Counted from the first letter of the whole stretch, positions 26,890 through 39,400 are shown. The stretch: 55,789 nucleotides of DNA, filler included, from Bipalium vagum (GCA_037834085.1; 3 parts of 3 records of this genome joined end to end with filler, not necessarily neighbours in it); one strand, 5' to 3'. Program-made: numbers and translations. Notes: a model not told the origin generated them from the sequence alone.

Positions 26890-27198
26890 GATGCTTAGTA
26901 CCAATTCCGGGCGCGAAAGTTTCTTAATCATGACAAGCACATGATTAGAGCACATCAATTCAAACCCAAGGCTGATACCATGTATCAGGGCCTATGTTGG
27001 CTGATCCTTAACAGAAATGTTCTTTTCCATCATATGGAATCACACAAGGATGCACCCGATAGCAAACCATCTTTTTTCACTGCCCAATGCTAAAAATGGT
27101 AATTACGGTAGCGGATAAGAATAAAGAATGACTTGGAGGAGGGCAATAGATGTCTTTATCCGTACCAACTTAGGAGATGCTGACAACATCACCTGTGC
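26890..27198 (+). mobile_element. RTE-clade LINE 3' fragment
   Basis: LFSLPNAK.W...RMTWRRAIDVF resembles the LFxxPxxxWKxxxGGQxxTW C-terminus of RTE elements; ends at the mariner TIR. Confidence 0.45.
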
Positions 27199-27199
27199 A

Positions 27200-28290
27200 T
27201 TAGGTTCGTGCAAAAATAATGTCGTTTTTTGGAAAGTCATTAATATCGTTTTAATAAATGTTTTGTTTGAATATTCAATACATTTTGATAAAATCTTTGA
27301 AAGAGAAATTTTTAAAATGTAAATTTTTTTATAAATTACTTAAAATATTTCTTAATTATCCTATTTTAGGCAATTTAACAGAATATGGAAAAATATCAAT
27401 ATCGTACCATTTTTTGTACGAATACATATTAGGCACAAATGCTACCGAAACGACTCGGAAAATGAATATTGCATTTGGTCCTGCAACTGTCAATCAGCGT
27501 ATGGTGCAACGTTGGTTTAAACGGTTTCGTCAGGGAGATGATGCCCTTGAAGATGAGGATGGTCGCGGTCGTTCACGATAAGTTGACAATGATAAAATAA
27601 AGAAGACAATCGAAGCTAATTTATCAAAATCCACAAGGGAAGTCGGAGCGGAACTTGTGGTTGTTCATGAAACAGTACTTTGTCACTTAGACGATATTGG
27701 AAAGGTGAAAAAGATAAATAAGTGGGTGCCACATGTTCTGAGCGAAAAACAAAAAAATTGTCGTTTCGAAATGGCATCTTCTTTGCTTTTGCGCAACAAC
27801 TGCGACCCATATCTCAATCGAATCGTGACTTTTGATGAGAAATGGATTCTCTGGAACAATCGACGACGTTTGGCTCAATGGTTGGATATAAATGAAGCTC
27901 CGAAACATTTCCCAAAGCCAAATTTGCACACTAAAAACTTATGGTGACTCTTTGGTGGTCTGATCAATCACAGCTTCCTAAATCCGGACGAAACTATTAC
28001 ATCAGAAGCATACTACCAGCAAATAGACGAAATGCATAGGAAACGTCGAGTCATCTATCCGGGACTGGTCAATATAAAAGGTCCAATTCTGTTGCACAAA
28101 AACGCACGCCAACACGTCACACAAACAAAATTGCAAAAAATAAAAAATTTGGGCTACAAGATTTTGGCTCATCCCCATATACGCCAGACCTCTCGCCAAC
28201 AAATTTCCATTTCTTTAAGGCTCTGGATAATTTATTGGTCAATAGGTGCTTCGAAACCCGAGCCGATGCTGAAATGGCATTTGATTTAAA
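27200..28290 (+). mobile_element. Best-preserved mariner (cecropia/Hsmar1-like), 3'-truncated, with stops and frameshifts
   Basis: TIR TTAGGTTCGTGCAAAAATAATGTCGTTTTT at about 27200; ATG 27385; VQRWFKRFRQGDDALEDEDGRGR, KWVPHVLSEKQK, RIVTFDEKWIL, GPILLHKNARQH, PDLSPTNFHFFKALDN. Confidence 0.95.
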
Positions 28291-29489
28291 TTATTGAAAT
28301 TGAAATAACTTATTAAAATTTTTGGACCAAGAATTTTATTTTTTATGTGAAAATATCGAGAAATATGATAAGTACAAATTATTGGTCCAAATATTTAGTC
28401 CGATTATAGAAGTGGTCCATTTCATAAATTTGTCCAAAATATAAGTACTTATTATAATTAGTAAGAAAAAAATAAGCTTTACCATAATAAATTATCTAAG
28501 ATTTTAAATAAATTTTATTAAAAACCTAACAATTTTTATAAAATAACTTTTAAAATTTTTTAACTTTAAGAATCATAAATAAAATTTTAAAATTTTATTA
28601 ATATTAAAAAAATTTATTAAAATTCTTTTGAAAATAATTTACTAAAGTTGTACTTATGTTTTATTTTTATTAGTATTGAAATTATATTTAATTTATTCTA
28701 TTTTAATCTTTATTTTTGATTTATATATTTATATTAAATCGATATTTCTATCCGTAACTTATGATAGGATTAGACAGGGGATTGCTTCATGGCCTAAAGT
28801 AGTTTGATACCCAGGGTTAATGGGTTGAGAACAAAAAGTTAATAAGTAACTCTTAATGAATGAATCAGAGTTCTATCCTGACTCATTCGCTCATCTACAC
28901 AGATATATCCTGAATTAGCCAGTCTACAAGGCTCAAGGCAGAAGGGTGAAAATGGTTAGGATATTGAGATGAAGATTTTCTTTTTTTAATTTTAATATAG
29001 TTAAATATAAGAACTTAGTCAATTGTGCACGATCTGTGTGTTATGAATTGACTAAACCAAATACCATTATTATTGTGAAGATATAAAAGAACCAAATTAT
29101 GTACCATTTACAAATCTCAAAAATGAAAACAATAATATTCATAAAGCCCTCTGAGTGAATAACCTATGTTTTCTCTCAACCCCAAAGAAAATAAGATACT
29201 AAATTCATTTCAATAGAAATGCTGTTTTTGCAGACATAACTATCTTAAAACTATGAACCATGATCAGTGAACATGTTTTGTTGCTCATGCATCTCATGGA
29301 ATACGACGTGGAGATATTCAAGATATTGAAAATTTTTAATTCTAAAGTTTTCAAAGTAGTTATTATCAGCCGCAATATCAAGAAAAGACATTTACTGTAA
29401 AATATATTTTTCGAAAACGTACCGAAATCTTTCATTATTTAAACAATAATTGTTTATTCAAAAAATTAATATGTATTTTTCATTTGTGA

Positions 29490-29740
29490 GAAACTGAAGG
29501 TGAAATACTCGGCTTCGATTGTTAGAAACCAATCATTATTCCAGCATGACTAAACACAGATAAAAGGACCAAAAGCAGTTTAAGAAACTTGACGGTATCG
29601 AGATCCTACAGCATCCATTCCATATGCGTCCAATTAAAGTCCCTTCCACATGATGGAGCAATTTTGGCGAGGTTGAAAAGTTCTATAAATTCAGTTTGCC
29701 ATCAGTTTTTCCCTTCAAAGGAACAGTATTGATATTAAAT
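29490..29740 (+). mobile_element. mariner C-terminal fragment
   Basis: LKVKYSASIVRNQSLFQHD*, FKKLDGIEILQHP. Confidence 0.55.
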
Positions 29741-29939
29741 TCAAACCTTAATATCAGTAAATTTATACAACAGAAAGTGTTCTATAAACCTTTATAAAAT
29801 ATCCGTTGCTGCTCTTTATAAGGACAATTTTGTAATTATCTAAATTAAATCAATTCTTTGAGATAAATCTCGTTTAATTCTGAGATTTTTACATTAAAAT
29901 TTCAGAAAACTTTCAACATCATTAAACTTTGTTTGCAAT

Positions 29940-30700
29940 GTTAAATCGGTTTTACAAGTAAAAAATGAAGAGAACATATTGCAAAATTGAAGTTTCAAGA
30001 TTCTTAAAGTATATTGGTAAATAAATGAAGCCTTTTGCTTTATTATAAAATGACACAGTGGTAGAAAAAGTATTCGTACACTTCACTTTTAAGCTTAAAC
30101 AAGTTTTAATAATCAAAATCTGATAAATTTTTGAATGAGTCAATAAAAACTTTGAAAAAAATGACAAGCCTTTGGAATTCTAGTGTGAAGAATTCTATTT
30201 ACTGATGAAGATACAACAATACTAAAACAGAACTTGTACTCCAAAAATATTATTCCAATTATGAAACCTGGAAGCAGTAGTATTATGGTTTGGGGTTTTT
30301 AAATGCAGCTGGGATAGGAGAACCTGTAATAATAGATAGATTATGACTACACTGTAATATGTTAACATAATAGATAATTTAGAAGTGTGGAAAAATTAGG
30401 TACTGAATAACGTTACTTGTTACAACGAAAAATGATCCTTTAAATACTGCTAAGATAACCAAGAAATTTTGTTATGTAAGACCAGAAGAATATTAAGTAT
30501 TAACCATATATGGGCATATATATTTTTGTGGTTGCATTTGGAAAAAAAAGTCACAGATTTTCAACCGAAAAGAGCTAATTGAGAGTTTGGTGAAATCATG
30601 ATCTGAAATAACTTTTGAAACTAGAAAACAGTTAGTGGACTCTATGCAAGGGAGACTCCAACCAAAATTAACCATGGACAACATGCAAAGTATTAGATAA
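29940..30700 (+). mobile_element. Tc1-like (DD34E) transposase relic
   Basis: RILFTDE, KNIIPIMKPGSSSIMVWGF, NAAGIGEPVIID, TAKITKKF, QLVDSMQGRL. Confidence 0.8.
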
Positions 30701-32986
30701 AATGTTGATGTCGAAAACCTACTTTCTTTTCAAAAGTTAATTATACGAGTGGTTCTTCCAAAATAAAATTTATAGTTTTACAAAATTTTTCGAAAAATTT
30801 TTGACATAATTATTTTCTTACTTATTTTTTGTCGCTTTCTCCATTTTATGTAAGATAATAAAAACCTGTTTCTGTGAAGTTTACAAATACTTCATCAATC
30901 ACTAAATCGATTATATTCTACATAAAATATCATAAAATTATGGATTTTATTTAGAATTTAATTTTATTGATTGATTAAAAATTTGAAATTTACTCAAATT
31001 ATTATTTTTATATTTCCAGATAATATTTTGTAAAAAAATTAAAATAAATTAAGTCAAAAGAAAAATACGACTCTGAAAAGAAAGACACGATTTCATTTCA
31101 TATCAAACTGAAAAGAGTGATAATTGATTGGTAAAAATAATTAAAAAAACAAATTTGATTTTAAATAAAGATTAGAAAACATGCAATCGTGTTGACCTGA
31201 AATTAAATTAAGAGATCATACATTAAAATGTGATACTTAATCAATGGATATCAAAGTTCTTATGCTCTCCTTACGAGTTGAAGATGAAACGGTAAGCACA
31301 TAAGTGCACCGTCATTTACGTCATTAAAATTCCGGATCTTGAAAAACAACATTTAGTAGTTTTCCTTGTCAAATAACACTTTTCCACCGGTGGGTATTTT
31401 TACGACATGATTATTTATTCTAATCCACCTTTTTGTTTAGAAAAATCTTTCTCATGTTAAGCATGAATTGTTGATAACTTTATTTTATATTATACTTGTA
31501 TGTGAAAAATTAGGCAGGATTCACGAATTCCATCAGTATATACTTTCCAAAAATAATACATTTTACATAACACACGGACTTGGCTGAATACTGTAAACAA
31601 TATAAATATATAATTTAAATTAATAATTATTAAATTAATTCAACAAAATATTTTCATAATTTCCATTTACGCAACGGTTTTGATTATATTCAAGTTTGCA
31701 ATTTGCAAATTATTAACAATATTATTGCATAGTAATAAACGATTAAAAATATTCCGTCCGGAAGATAAACGCAAGTTTTAGAAAAATAAGTTAAAAGTTG
31801 CGAATTCTCTTTAATTTCACTTTCGTTACTAGGCATCAAATATTTTAGAAAAGAATTTCATTGACCTATTATAAAAAAACACAGATGATTGTTTTATTGT
31901 TTTAAACGTCAGTGAGAAATTAAGAAATAATCAAACATTGATTTTATTAAATCTATTTTAAATGTTTAATGTAATGTTGCAAACAATCTTTACAAAAGGA
32001 AAAATAATCTCAGTGAACAACGATCGGAATATTATTTCACTAAAACCTGTAGAATATCGGAACCCTATATTATTATTATTCGATTGTATTCCCATATAAA
32101 ATTAATTATTTTTATTTTAATCAATTGCAATAGTAAAATGACTTAACGCACTACTTTAAAAAGAGAATTATCTCCATTCAATTAATATGAATTTCATATA
32201 TTAATTCCTTTTCAAAACCCAGACTGACTTAAATAATAAACTAATTTAATCATAACTTAAATAAATCTCGAGTACTACAACAGATCGAAACATATCTTCT
32301 CCATTGGCAAATATTATCAAGTCACCTTAATCTGTATTCCTTTTCCTAGATTAAGATTTAACTGGTCTCTTACGATAGACTACACGTGTCAAAAATCAAT
32401 TGTTCCTCAAATTTATTAATTTATTTTTTCTAATCAAAAATAGAAAAATCAATACCTAATAAGTGCCAATACGAAGCACAATTAAAACAAATTGCAAATA
32501 ATTTCAAGTGAAAATTCAGAAAAAAAAGATATTTTAAAAAATATAATGATTTATTATTAATAAAAAGAGAAAATCAATTTCAAAATTCTTATTTCACCAA
32601 ATTATCAAAGAATCTACCAATTTTTCATCTTTTGTTTTACAAGTTCTCGAATAAATATGAGACCAAAAAATCCCGCCAACTGTAAAGATATTTAAAGAAA
32701 ATGAACAATCATCACACACGACCCCTTGCCCGGGAGACGAATCTCGTTAAATAATTCTTTCGTTTGTGTTAAAACAAGATTTATAATCGACTCTAATTCT
32801 GGAAAGAAACTGGTTGCCCTGTCAACACAATACTCAGAACAACCGACCATTTCATCATCCCCATTAGAAATACATAAGTAAAAGTCAAAAATATATATAA
32901 TGCTAAAATTAGAGAATCTGACTCGAAAGTTAAATATTCAAAAATGTATCAGTCATTGTTTCCGGGACTGTCAGAAAACCAGGACT

Positions 32987-34353
32987 TCAGTTTTTGTCGC
33001 TGACCCGTTCCAACGACTGTCCGACCTTCACCAACGAATTGATGTCAACGTCAAACTGAAAGTCGGCAGGCGCTTCGAAAATTAAAACGATTGTCGATCC
33101 GAAATTGAATTCACCGAACAAATCGCCCTTTCTGATGGCAAGTCCCGACCGAAAGGATTTTGGCACGACGAACTGGTGATCGTAATAGCGCTGTTGCAGT
33201 TTTGGTATTGATTTTGCCTGAGAACGTGAAATGAAATGCCAACCCTTTATGACACCGCGCAATAATCGACTGGTGGGCTTGTTGGTTTGCAAAAGCGGAT
33301 CGTTTCTGACGCAAATCGAACCGACGTTATTGGCTCCGACAGCAGTGAAAGAAAAAAATCCGTGATTCCAACTGCCCACATAAACCGAACGTTCGTTCAA
33401 ACAAAACAGATTTTTGATCCAACTCGTGAAAAGCGGATTGACTGAGAACAGCTTACCTGCGACAAGACAGTGGGTCAATATATCAACACAGAGGTCAGTA
33501 TGATGTATTCAAGACAAACAAAATCAATAAAAATAGAAATCAGTGAATTTTATGAAAGGAAAGGCTTCAGTCGTTACATCTGAATGGAAACAAAACCAGA
33601 TCAATAACTAACTTGGGTATACCTGGAAAGTGCCTTCGAAACGTCAAATTCCAATTCGCAGGTGAATGGAATTTGTGATAATCACCTGGAGCAAGATAAA
33701 TTATACAGTGAAACAATTTCGTAGAGACCCCGTGTTTCAGTTCGTCGATGAATTTCGAATTGTCTCCATCGGGAGCACTGGATCGATTGCGATCCAGTGC
33801 TTTTATATTGGAATATTCACGTTCCAGAGCAGTAGTGAATTGCAAATTGGAAGATTCTTTCCAAGTTGATGGTCCCAAAAAGCCTTGGAGAGTATATTTG
33901 ATACCCTTAACATTTTGCAGTTCACCCTCATGTACAAGACCCAACGATACGATCTTACCATCGACCGGGCTCACCTGTAACAAAACGACAAATAAATCAT
34001 CGATCCACAGAACAAAGACAAAACATCATTACCAATATCGATTTTCCATTGATCGGTCTACATTCCGGTTTCAGAGAACGACGGAAAAATTCGCTAAGAT
34101 TGCTGTATGTCTTCAGGTTCGGTTCCAGCATTTCGTCGAGATTGCATTTATACAACCAGCTGTACAATCGATAAACGGGAACTCTTGACCAGATCGGCAG
34201 TTTCAGTCCATTCACCCAACCCCACAGACGAGATGTGATATTGAGAGGTAGAAAAATTTGAAATAACATCAACAAATTCCAAATGAAGCCAAAACTTTTA
34301 CGCAGTGGCATTCGCAGAAAGCGACGAGATAAAGAAATTTTGTCTGATTTCAT
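32987..34353 (-). CDS. PISD: Phosphatidylserine decarboxylase proenzyme (mitochondrial PISD/Psd1 type), 3 exons, about 380 aa
   Basis: Exons 34353-34033, 33974-33623 and 33456-32987, joined by GT-AG introns of 58 nt (phase 0) and 166 nt (phase 1), give one frame of 1143 nt. Motifs LPLNITSRLWG, YSNLSEFFRRSLKPECRPI, VSPVDG, IYLAPGDYHKFHSP, RRHFPGKLFSVNP, LFCLNER, AVGANNVGSI, GEFNFGSTIVLIFEAP. The start codon (ATG 34353, MKSDKISLSRRFLRMPLRK) is inferred. Confidence 0.95.
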
Positions 34354-34389
34354 TATAGTGCTTTGAATGGGTTTTTGTATTTCAGCAAT

Positions 34390-35200
34390 AGTTAGTTTAT
34401 TTATAGGAAAACCTGAACGAATATCCTTAAGTAAATAAGATTTCAATTCCACTGTAAGCCAATTAAATAGCATGTTGAGAAGCGATACAATAACAAAATT
34501 TCCATTTGAAAATAATATAAACTCTCCGTAAAGAACAAAGTTCAAATATTAATATAGCGGAATTATTTTAATTAATATCAAAACACAAATTAATTTGACA
34601 TTTAAATAAATATAGTTGTATAAATAAAAGTAACCTACCCATTGGCTGGTCAAGTATTACAACTTCTGGATTTCTGTCCATTGTCATTGACATGTGAATG
34701 GTAAATGAACTTAATGATAGAAATACAGCTTATATACAAAAAATTTCCAGATAAGTAAATATAATTTTGGTAACGTATTGAATGATTTTCTTAACTTTTA
34801 TATTATTTAAACAACCCATTTCAATTTTGAGTTTCGCAATTGTTATATTTATATAAAACATTTTATTGAATAATTCAACAATTTTTAAACAGCAGCTTTT
34901 TATCAATTGAAAACCTAATTTGTTCACACAATTATTATAATGATTTCATTTTTTGTACTAAATTTTAGTAACTGTCATATAGATTTTATCTATGAGTTCT
35001 TTATTTCCGTTTTCATTACACAAATCAATGCCAGAATCAATTTTTTCTAAAATAGAAACATTGGTGGAAAGACTAAAAACATCAAATGTTACAAAATATT
35101 CATTATCTGAAAATTTTAGAATTACGTAAGTATTTCCTTTATCAAACTTTTCGATAGCCAATCTCTTTGCTCAATTTTTTCATTATCTCTTCCTCTATTT
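34390..35200 (-). mobile_element. Penelope-like reverse transcriptase relic, heavily deleted
   Basis: IEKFDKGNTYVIL (cf. ADKGNxxVIL) followed by EYFVTFDVFSLSTNVSI (cf. MVSFDVxSLFTNVPI), EMGC, MGRLL, ELKSYLLKDIRSGFPI (cf. ELxxxxxxLxxNGYP). Confidence 0.65.
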
Positions 35201-35220
35201 TATTAAAAAATTTTTTATTT

Positions 35221-35443
35221 CGCTTCGATAGTGATGAAGACATCTGGATTTGGCTCGAAGAGTGGTTTGGCTCAAAAGATCAAGGTTTCTATCGATATGG
35301 AATCGAAAAGTTACCTAAACGATGGGAAACAGTCATTAACAATAAAGGCGAATACATAACTGATTGATTTTTATGTAATGTACATATGTTATAAATAAAA
35401 ATTTTGCAGTTTAAAAACGGCACGAATTTATTAGACAACCTAA
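35221..35443 (+). mobile_element. mariner 3' end with terminal inverted repeat
   Basis: RFDSDEDIWIWLEEWFGSKDQGFYRYGIEKLPKRWETVINNKGEYITD*, followed by AAAAACGGCACGAATTTATTAGACAACCTAA|TA. Confidence 0.9.
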
Positions 35444-35826
35444 TATTAAATATGTGAAAACACAATTTTGTTAATTAATAAAAATGATTTACTCGAAAAA
35501 TAATTATGAAAAATGATATTTGTGCACAACTATAAAGCACAAGAAGTGGTCGTCTCTTGCTTGAACAGAAGAACTCAAAATTTTTAAAAATGTCATATTT
35601 ATTTTGAAGAATTGAGCCGGTCTCATTCACTGGGAAATGATCCAGAATAACCAAAATGAAATATGGTACTATAATACTCTATCAACTAAACATTATTAAT
35701 ACTAAAATAATTTTTATCTTATTTTTAAATTCGTATAATAATAATGATAATAATTAAATAGAGATAATTAATATAATTTAATTATTAAAGATTTCGCATA
35801 TTATTTCCACATGTCATTATAAATTG

Positions 35827-36049
35827 GAAAAATGAAGAGTCAAATCGTTATATGCTAATTTTTTAAAAATAAAAATTGATTTTTTTTTCAGTTTAACCGG
35901 TTTGTATACTATGGTACATTTTCTCAATTAATATATGAAAAATGAAGAGTCAAATCGTTATATGCTAATTTTTTAAAAACAAAAATTGATTTTTATTTTT
36001 TCAGTTCAACCGGTTTGTAAACTGTGGTACATTTTTTCAATTAATATAT
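35827..36049. repeat. About 110-bp tandem duplication
   Basis: Units begin GAAAAATGAAGAGTCAAATCGTTATATGC at 35827 and 35937, with a few substitutions and a small indel. Confidence 0.95.
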
Positions 36050-36586
36050 TCGTGAACATTTTTGAAACCACTTACGAAACATGATATCATATTCGACATT
36101 GTCACCACTTTCATCGAATCTTTTATTATTTTTATTTTCTTGAAATAATATTTTTGAAAATAAAGTAAAATTATATTTTTAAATGTTAATAAAATTTGAA
36201 AAGAACTTTTTTTTTATGAGTTATAAGCAATTTTTTTTAAAAAAATTACTGTACTTTTAATTAATGTAGGACGAATTTAGATAAAATTTTAACATAACAG
36301 TTAATAATATTAACTAAAAATATTATTTTTATCAAATTTAAATACAATAAATTAAAACAAAATTATTTTTTATTTCTAAGATTTTTAAAATCAATTTACA
36401 GGTATTGTATTTCTGATTTTTGACCCAATACAAATATAAGAAAACAAAAATAGATAATAAAAAATATTTTAATAAACCAAGGGTGATCAAGAAAATTGAT
36501 AACAAGAAATTTTATGATAAATTTTTATGTAGCCAATAAATTAAACTTTTAGCAACAAATCATAATAAATAAATATTTGTAAAGTA

Positions 36587-37824
36587 TACCCATTGCTATA
36601 AAAAAGTGGCATTTTTAAAATAAAAACTACACTAAAATAATGGATTTTATTATAAAATCTTTTATTTTATTAAAGACATATTTACACAAGAATACTATGA
36701 AGTTTCTCCTTTCGAAACAATAAAACTTTGATTTTCTCGGGGCATGGACAGAAATAATGTCTTAAAATATTTCAGTGCGAGTCCTCCAAAACATCAATAA
36801 TTCTCTCCGAATCAATCATATTTTTTTGATTTTGTCATTCTACTTCTCTCTTGATTAGTCCGTAAACATTTTCAATTTGGTTTAGATCTAGAGATTTTGT
36901 TGATCACGGAGTTACAGATATATTAATTGCAGTTGACCAATCTCTTTTTGACTTCGAGGTATGGGGTGTTTTGCAAAAGAAAAAATTTAGTAACATTTTC
37001 CTAATGCTTGGTAGAGCTTTCTCGAATATTCCGTAATATGATTTGAAGTTAATCTTGCCTCGAAAATTTACCAAAATTGATTTTCCTTTGGTGCTTATTG
37101 CTCTTTATACCATCACACGCGGATTCTACTTTGGTTTCTCTTTTCTTGGTCTTGACTTGGACCAAACTGCAACACAATTTGAATAAAGTTCGAATAAATA
37201 TTCGTCACTGAAAATCCATCTACCAAATCTTATTTTCTGGTGATCTTTGCACCATTTGATTATCTTTTATTTATGAAGCGTGGTCAATTTTGGTACAAAC
37301 TTTGGTAACATTAACAATCTCCACATCTCATTTAAATATTTTCTTATTGAAGCTACTGTAGTACTAACTTTCTTCTTCATATCATTGGCAGTTTCATTTG
37401 ATGAAATATGACCATTTTTCAATGCTAATTATGAAAAGTGTCTTTTATCATTAATTTCAAATTTTCGAGGTCTTCTACTTCTAACTTGCCTTTCAATGGT
37501 ATCCCCTTAATGAATCTTCTTCTGATCTCTCATGATTGTTCTTCTAGATTAGCTACTGAGTTTCATAAACATTTTGATGTCAGTGATCCAGAGATAAACA
37601 AGACGTCCAAGATATTGCTTTGAAAGTCTCACTTCTTCAAATGTTAGATTTAAAATAATTATAAAATTTTATATGAATACATTTTTGATCAATAACTTAC
37701 TATATTATAGTTTTTAATTCCAATCAAAGTATGAAAAATGAATTTTTAGCGAATTTCATTTGTCTAATTATATTCACAATTTTAAATGTTTCTCTGCAGT
37801 GCCAGTTTTCTATAGCAAAGGGCA
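36587..37824 (-). mobile_element. Full-length (about 1.24 kb) decayed Tc1-like element
   Basis: TIRs TACCCATTGCTATAAAAAAGTGGCA / TGCCAGTTTTCTATAGCAAAGGGCA; RWIFSDEYLFEL, RVMV*RAISTKGKS, DLN.IEN-like remnants. Confidence 0.85.
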
Positions 37825-37827
37825 CAT

Positions 37828-38650
37828 TTATTTTTTTTCGAAGTGGTCTCTTTCGGCTTTGATGAAAAATCCAAACATTACTCGACATTCTCAGCTTAAT
37901 TTTTATCCTGTTTTGAAACCCATAAGAGTAAATAGTTTTGTAAAATAATTTTTTGTCATAAAAAAATGTACAATATTTTTAAAAATACCCTTTAATTTTA
38001 ATTATCTATAAATATGCTGAACATTATTAATTGACTAACATTTTTCTTTTAATTTATTCAATTACATTAAATTAAATTCTATAATATACATTTATTAGAA
38101 CATTCAATTAATTTTCAAAATACTTTTTAAAATTTTATAAACAATCATTAATTTTTAAAACTCCATTGCAAAATATTAAAAATTCTCATAGTCTGATCAG
38201 CCCCATATATAGTCATTAGTTGAGCCCATTCACTTTAAATACTTGTCTCACGAGCTATCTTTCGCATTGAGATTATTGAACTAAATTAAAGACGCCTTTT
38301 GATGATTTTCGATTTTTGTTGGTGTTAGCTGTTCCATTTCTGCCGCTTCCTGGAAGTCTTCCAATCTATCCAAGCTCTTCATAGAATTTAGTTGATCCTC
38401 TAACTTTGTGAGCAAGAATTTTAAGCCTTTTGCAATATCAAAATTATAAAATTCTTGTCGTGTCAAATAAAAATTTTTTCTTGCTATGTAGTCATCTGAT
38501 GAATAGAATAAAATTCTAATCAGAAAATTATTTATAGAATCACAACAATTCAATAACAATAATTCGAATTTTTACTGGAAAAGAAATTTAAAAAAACGTG
38601 GTGGGACAAAAATAAATTTTTTATCACTTTAACCACTGGTAACCCCATAT
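37828..38650 (-). mobile_element. maT/DD37D (Bmmar1-like) element, internally deleted
   Basis: Frameshifted FYEELG*IGRLPGSGRNGTANTNKNRK..ISMRKIARETSI (N-terminal) and FIKAERDHFEKK* (C-terminal; stop 37828-37830); TIR-like TATGGGGTTACCAG near 38650. Confidence 0.65.
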
Positions 38651-38659
38651 TATGTTTAT

Positions 38660-39400
38660 ACTGGGTCGGCATTGGAAGACTGAAGGATTTTAATCTAAAA
38701 TAACTTTTACAAAAGTTTTGATATTAAATGTTATTCGAATTTTTCTGAATATATATTTACTGGAGTTTTTAATAGAAAGGTGTTTTTATAGTTATTTGTT
38801 AAAGTTAATCAATATTTCAGTATTTGCAGTTAAAATGTTCAAATACAACAATAATAATAAAGTGGAAATTGATTGAAAAAATCAATCATTCAAATGCAGA
38901 GAAACTACCGACGAGAAGCTCAGTTAAAGAAGCTCCAAGTGACAACATGATTAGAAAATTAATTAAACGATTTGAAGAAACTTGGTTTATTGCAGATCTT
39001 ACTAATAAGGGTCCAGGGAAAACTGTGTGTACTGAATTGGTGGTCGAATCTGTGCGGCAAAGCGTTCAAGAACATCTCACAACTTCTACACGTCGTTGGT
39101 ATGCCCAGGTTGGTATTGTCAGAATTACACTTCGAACAATTTTGTAAAAGGACTTGAAAAGGTTACCTTATAAAATTCAATCACCTCAAGTTCTTCTCCA
39201 ATCAGACAATGCTGTCCGTTTGAATTATGTTATTTGTTTTCAGAAGTTAGCAAGAGATAAAGCCACATTTTTAACAATCTGATAATGAGCGGTGGAGCCA
39301 TTCTTATCTGAACGGAGTTGTCAATAAACAGAATGTTAGGTTTTGGAGCTCAGTCAATCCTATGAACTTTAACTAGAATTCATTGCATTCTCGATAAGTA
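38660..39400 (+). mobile_element. rosa/DD41D-like transposase relic
   Basis: APSDNMIRKLIKRFEET, SVRQSVQEHLTTSTRR, KDLKRLPYKIQ, LIMSGGA..YLNGVVNKQNVRFWSSVNP (cf. SDEAHFHLNGYVNKQNCRxW). Confidence 0.8.

Noticed and set aside
32700-32989. PISD TGA readthrough or SECIS-like hairpin in the 3' UTR
   Set aside because: The stop follows the normal PISD C-terminus; only a tiny hairpin (GAGACGAATCTC) was seen and no SECIS consensus.
32900-34188. Plus-strand and alternate-frame ORFs (32900-33085, 33111-33314, 33666-33869, 33748-34188)
   Set aside because: Shadow ORFs of the GC-richer PISD coding sequence.
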